Origin: an uncultured Actinomycetes bacterium
GTDB lineage: Bacteria; Actinomycetota; Thermoleophilia; Gaiellales; F1-60-MAGs149
Direction of reading: 5' to 3'
Assembly: GCA_903873565.1 (NCBI GenBank)
Contig: CAIQOY010000224.1
Coordinates: 1 to 35,191 of the forward strand
Length of the DNA stretch: 35,191 nt
In this document: in pieces, positions 32,998 to 35,191 of the stretch
How the letters are laid out: each line of letters opens with the position of its first letter
Position numbering within the stretch: position 1 is the stretch's first letter
The notes under the pieces: generated by a model
The model's database searches: none
What the model saw: the letters and a program-made list of their open reading frames with translations, nothing else
Told to the model about the DNA's origin: nothing
Translations under genes and position numbers: made by a program

Positions 32998-33536
32998 GCG
33001 TCCCCCATCAGGCGGCGGTGCAGGGCCAGCGGCTCCTGCGCCTCGTCGTCGGCGACCAGCGCGGCGAGCGGGCCGCGGTCGCCGGCGCGCAGCGCGTCGA
33101 GGGCGCGGGCCAGGCGGTCGTCGCGGGGGCCGGCGAGGTGGCGGGCCGTGGCCAGCCAGAGCTCGGCGTCGGCGGGGCGCTCGGCCTCCGCGCGCTGGGC
33201 GGCGGCGAGGGTGACGAGGTCGGAGAGGGCGCTGATCGCCTCGACGTCGCCCGCGCGCGTGACCTGCACGAGGCCCGTCGCGTAGAGGTAGTCGCCGAGC
33301 AGGAGCGCCTGCTCGCGGTCGGGCGCCGCGAAGCCGCGGCCGCGCGGCGCGTGGTGCACGAGGAAGCCCTCGTAGATCGTCTCGACGCCCTCGGCGAGGT
33401 CGCCGCCGGCGATCCGGCCGAAGGCGTGGGCCGGCTCGCGCTCGTCGGCCGGCAGCGCGGAGCGCGCCCAGACGTCCGAGGCGGCCGCGGCGTGGTCGAC
33501 GATGGCGTCGACGGGGTCGAGGCCTACGCGAGCCAC
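32994..33536 (-). CDS. hypothetical 180-aa helical protein (possible degenerate polyprenyl-synthase-like protein)
   Basis: High GC3 throughout. The GTG start lies 13 nt inside the hemB 3' end, and the stop overlaps the ubiD GTG. No family is recognised with confidence. Confidence 0.5.
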   Translation of the reverse strand: MARVGLDPVDAIVDHAAAASDVWARSALPADEREPAHAFGRIAGGDLAEGVETIYEGFLVHHAPRGRGFAAPDREQALLLGDYLYATGLVQVTRAGDVEAISALSDLVTLAAAQRAEAERPADAELWLATARHLAGPRDDRLARALDALRAGDRGPLAALVADDEAQEPLALHRRLMGDA

Positions 33537-34498
33537 TTGGCGGCGTCCACGGCGCCGTAGGTGATCGTGGCCCGCGCCCCGGCCCGGCGGATCGCGACCA
33601 GCGACTCGAGGTAGGCGTCGCGGAACGCGAACGCCCCGCGATCGGCGGCGTGGTGCAGCATCGCGTACTCGCCCGACACCTGGTAGGCGAGGACGGGCAG
33701 GTCGGTGGCGTCGGTGAGGTCGCGGATCACGTCGAGGTAGGCGAGGGCCGGCTTGACCATCAGCAGGTCGGCGCCCTCCTCTTCGTCGATCAGCCCCTCG
33801 CGGACGGCCTCCGCCCGGTTCGGGGGGTCGAGCTGGTGGGAGCGGCGGTCGCCCGCCGACGGCGCCGAGTGCGCGGCGTCGCGGAACGGGCCGTAGAAGG
33901 CGGAGGCGTACTTCGACGAGTACGAGAGGATGCCCACGGTCTCGGCGAAGCCCTCCTCGTCGAGGGCGTCGCGGATCACGGCGACGCGCCCGTCGAACAT
34001 GTCGCTCGGCGCGACCAGATCCGCCCCGGCGCGGGCGTGGGCGACGGCCGCCTTGGCGAGGATCGGCAGGCTGGCGTCGTTGAGGATCGTCCCGTCGTCG
34101 CCGACCAGGCCGCAGTGGCCGTGGTCGGTGTACTGGCAGAGGCAGACGTCGGTGGCGATCACGAGGCCGCCGGCGGCGGCCCGGATCGCGCGCACGGCGC
34201 TCGGCACCGGGCCGTCGGGGTCCCAGCTGGAGGTCGCCTCGGCGTCCTTGGCGTCCGGCAGCCCGAACAGGAGCACGCCGCCGACGCCGTGGGCCGCGGC
34301 CTCGGCGGCGGCCTCCGCGGCGAGGTCGGCGGACAGCCGGTCGACGCCCGGCAGCGACGCGACGGGCTCGCGCCGGCCCTCCCCCGGCAGCACGAACAGG
34401 GGCAGGATCAGCTGCGCCGGGTCGAGGTGCGTCTCGCGCACGAGCGCGCGCAGCGCGGGCGTGCGGCGCAGGCGGCGGGGGCGGGACTCCGGGAACAC
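33524..34498 (-). CDS. hemB: porphobilinogen synthase (zinc-type)
   Basis: RPRRLRRT, the Cys triad DVCLCQYTDHGHCG, and active-site lysine regions (MVKPA). GTG start. Confidence 0.9.
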   Translation of the reverse strand: MFPESRPRRLRRTPALRALVRETHLDPAQLILPLFVLPGEGRREPVASLPGVDRLSADLAAEAAAEAAAHGVGGVLLFGLPDAKDAEATSSWDPDGPVPSAVRAIRAAAGGLVIATDVCLCQYTDHGHCGLVGDDGTILNDASLPILAKAAVAHARAGADLVAPSDMFDGRVAVIRDALDEEGFAETVGILSYSSKYASAFYGPFRDAAHSAPSAGDRRSHQLDPPNRAEAVREGLIDEEEGADLLMVKPALAYLDVIRDLTDATDLPVLAYQVSGEYAMLHHAADRGAFAFRDAYLESLVAIRRAGARATITYGAVDAAKWLA

Positions 34499-34504
34499 GG
34501 CGGA

Positions 34505-34510
34505 AGGGTA
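34505..34510 (-). promoter_or_regulatory. -10-like hexamer TACCCT, 6 nt upstream of the hemB GTG
   Basis: Same hexamer as at degT and rnd. No SD. Confidence 0.4.
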
Positions 34511-34538
34511 GGCGAGGAGCGCGGCCCGCCGGGCCGGG

Positions 34539-35191
34539 TCAGCCGGTCAGCGTCACGATGTCCGTGGCGGCGCCCGTGTCCTGCACGGTGGCCGTCGGAT
34601 CCTGCGTGGTGTCGACCGGCGCCGTGTCCGTGAAGATCTCGAACGTCTCGGTCGTCGAGGTCGCGGTGGTGTCGATCGGCGCGGTGTCGGTGAGGACGTC
34701 GGGCAGCGGCAGCTCGTCGCCCGTCACGGTCAGGGTCAGCGTGTCCGCCTCGGGCAGCGTGAAGGTGGGGATCGCGTCCCCGTCCGTCGTCGTCTCCTCG
34801 CCGCCCAGGAGGTCGGTCTCGGTCGTGGCCAGGGCGAGGGCGATGGCCAGCAGCGCGATGCCGCCCACGATCGCCGCGAGCGCCGCGTCCGAGAGGCCGC
34901 GCTTGGGCGCGACGGGCTGCGGCGGGCGCGCGGGCTCCGGCGGGACGAGCGCGGCGGGCAGCGGCACGCCGGCCATCGCGCGCAGGCGCTCGGCCACGAG
35001 CTGGGCGGGCGGCGGCGGGCGCTCCGGGTCCTCGGACAGGAGCGCCAGGGTGAGGCCGTTGAGGGCGGGCGGGATCTCCGCGGCGAGCGCGGCCGGGGCG
35101 GCGGGCTGCGCGGCGGGCTCGCGGCCCGTCAGGAGCAGGTAGAGCAGCCGCCCGAGGGCGCGCAGGTCGTCGGCGGCGGCCGGCTGCGGGC
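34539..35191 (-). CDS. Ser/Thr protein kinase, C-terminal part (5' end outside window) with TM helix and Thr/Asp-rich extracytoplasmic tail
   Basis: The frame stays open upstream of the track start to the window edge. It reads DDLRALGRLLYLLLTGREP...LLSEDPERPP, typical of Hanks kinase subdomains IX-XI. This is followed by the TM segment AAIVGGIALLAIALALA. Confidence 0.7.
   Translation of the reverse strand, partial: PQPAAADDLRALGRLLYLLLTGREPAAQPAAPAALAAEIPPALNGLTLALLSEDPERPPPPAQLVAERLRAMAGVPLPAALVPPEPARPPQPVAPKRGLSDAALAAIVGGIALLAIALALATTETDLLGGEETTTDGDAIPTFTLPEADTLTLTVTGDELPLPDVLTDTAPIDTTATSTTETFEIFTDTAPVDTTQDPTATVQDTGAATDIVTLTG
34608..34697 (-). repeat. imperfect 60-nt-period direct repeat inside the kinase tail
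   Basis: GGTGTCGACCGGCGCCGTGTCCGTGAAGA (34608) versus GGTGTCGATCGGCGCGGTGTCGGTGAGGA (34668). These encode TDTAPVDTT and TDTAPIDTT. Confidence 0.6.

Noticed and set aside
30568-33285. 905-aa plus-strand ORF, together with the similar 16817-19456, 14685-16616 and 4766-6358 ORFs
   Set aside because: All are antisense to well-supported genes (qcrA, msrB, ubiD, capD, the GT genes, NAPRT). They encode repetitive R/G/A/D/V-rich sequence with no motifs.
1-35191. Search for tRNA/rRNA, CRISPR repeats, IS elements/inverted terminal repeats, integrases, toxin-antitoxin or defence-type genes
   Set aside because: None were seen. Intergenic space is under 160 nt everywhere, no spaced direct repeats occur, and every sizeable ORF is accounted for by metabolic or housekeeping families.

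Overview
Very GC-rich (about 70% by eye, third codon positions almost always G/C), densely coding chromosomal segment. It looks like a deep-branching Actinomycetota-type genome; that placement is inference from gene content only. I call 38 CDS, two of them cut by the window edges. I see no rRNA, tRNA, CRISPR array, transposase or integrase. Gene blocks in order: leuC'/leuD; a minus-strand housekeeping run (FMO-like oxidoreductase, SnoaL-like protein, ychF, PAP2 phosphatase, DUF3107, methylmalonyl-CoA epimerase, NAPRT-family enzyme); hutD/hutH with an orphan lipoprotein binding protein; class-III aminotransferase, unknown 98-aa ORF and proBA; a sugar-modification/glycosyltransferase cluster (GT4, GT4-GT2 fusion, embedded LysR, PglF/CapD-like dehydratase, DUF354, DegT aminotransferase); rnd plus a small CPxC membrane protein; then a ~12 kb same-strand block combining futalosine-route menaquinone genes (mqnC, mqnA, mqnE, polyprenyl synthase, ubiE/menG, ubiX, ubiD), a Bacillus-type qcrABC, msrB, an unknown 180-aa ORF, hemB and the 3' end of a Ser/Thr kinase. 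Nothing resembles a defence island or mobile element. The best candidates for undescribed biology are: (1) the LysR-containing amino-dideoxy-sugar cluster with its DUF354 protein; (2) the 180-aa ORF translationally coupled to ubiD, which looks like a polyprenyl-synthase-like protein lacking the aspartate-rich motifs; (3) an unusual split, cysteine-free cytochrome b complex; (4) a recurrent -10-like hexamer 6-8 nt upstream of about ten start codons, implying widespread leaderless transcription and a mirror-symmetric divergent promoter. All functional calls come from motif recognition by eye, with no database search run. The many long overlapping or antisense ORFs in the track are GC-content artefacts.
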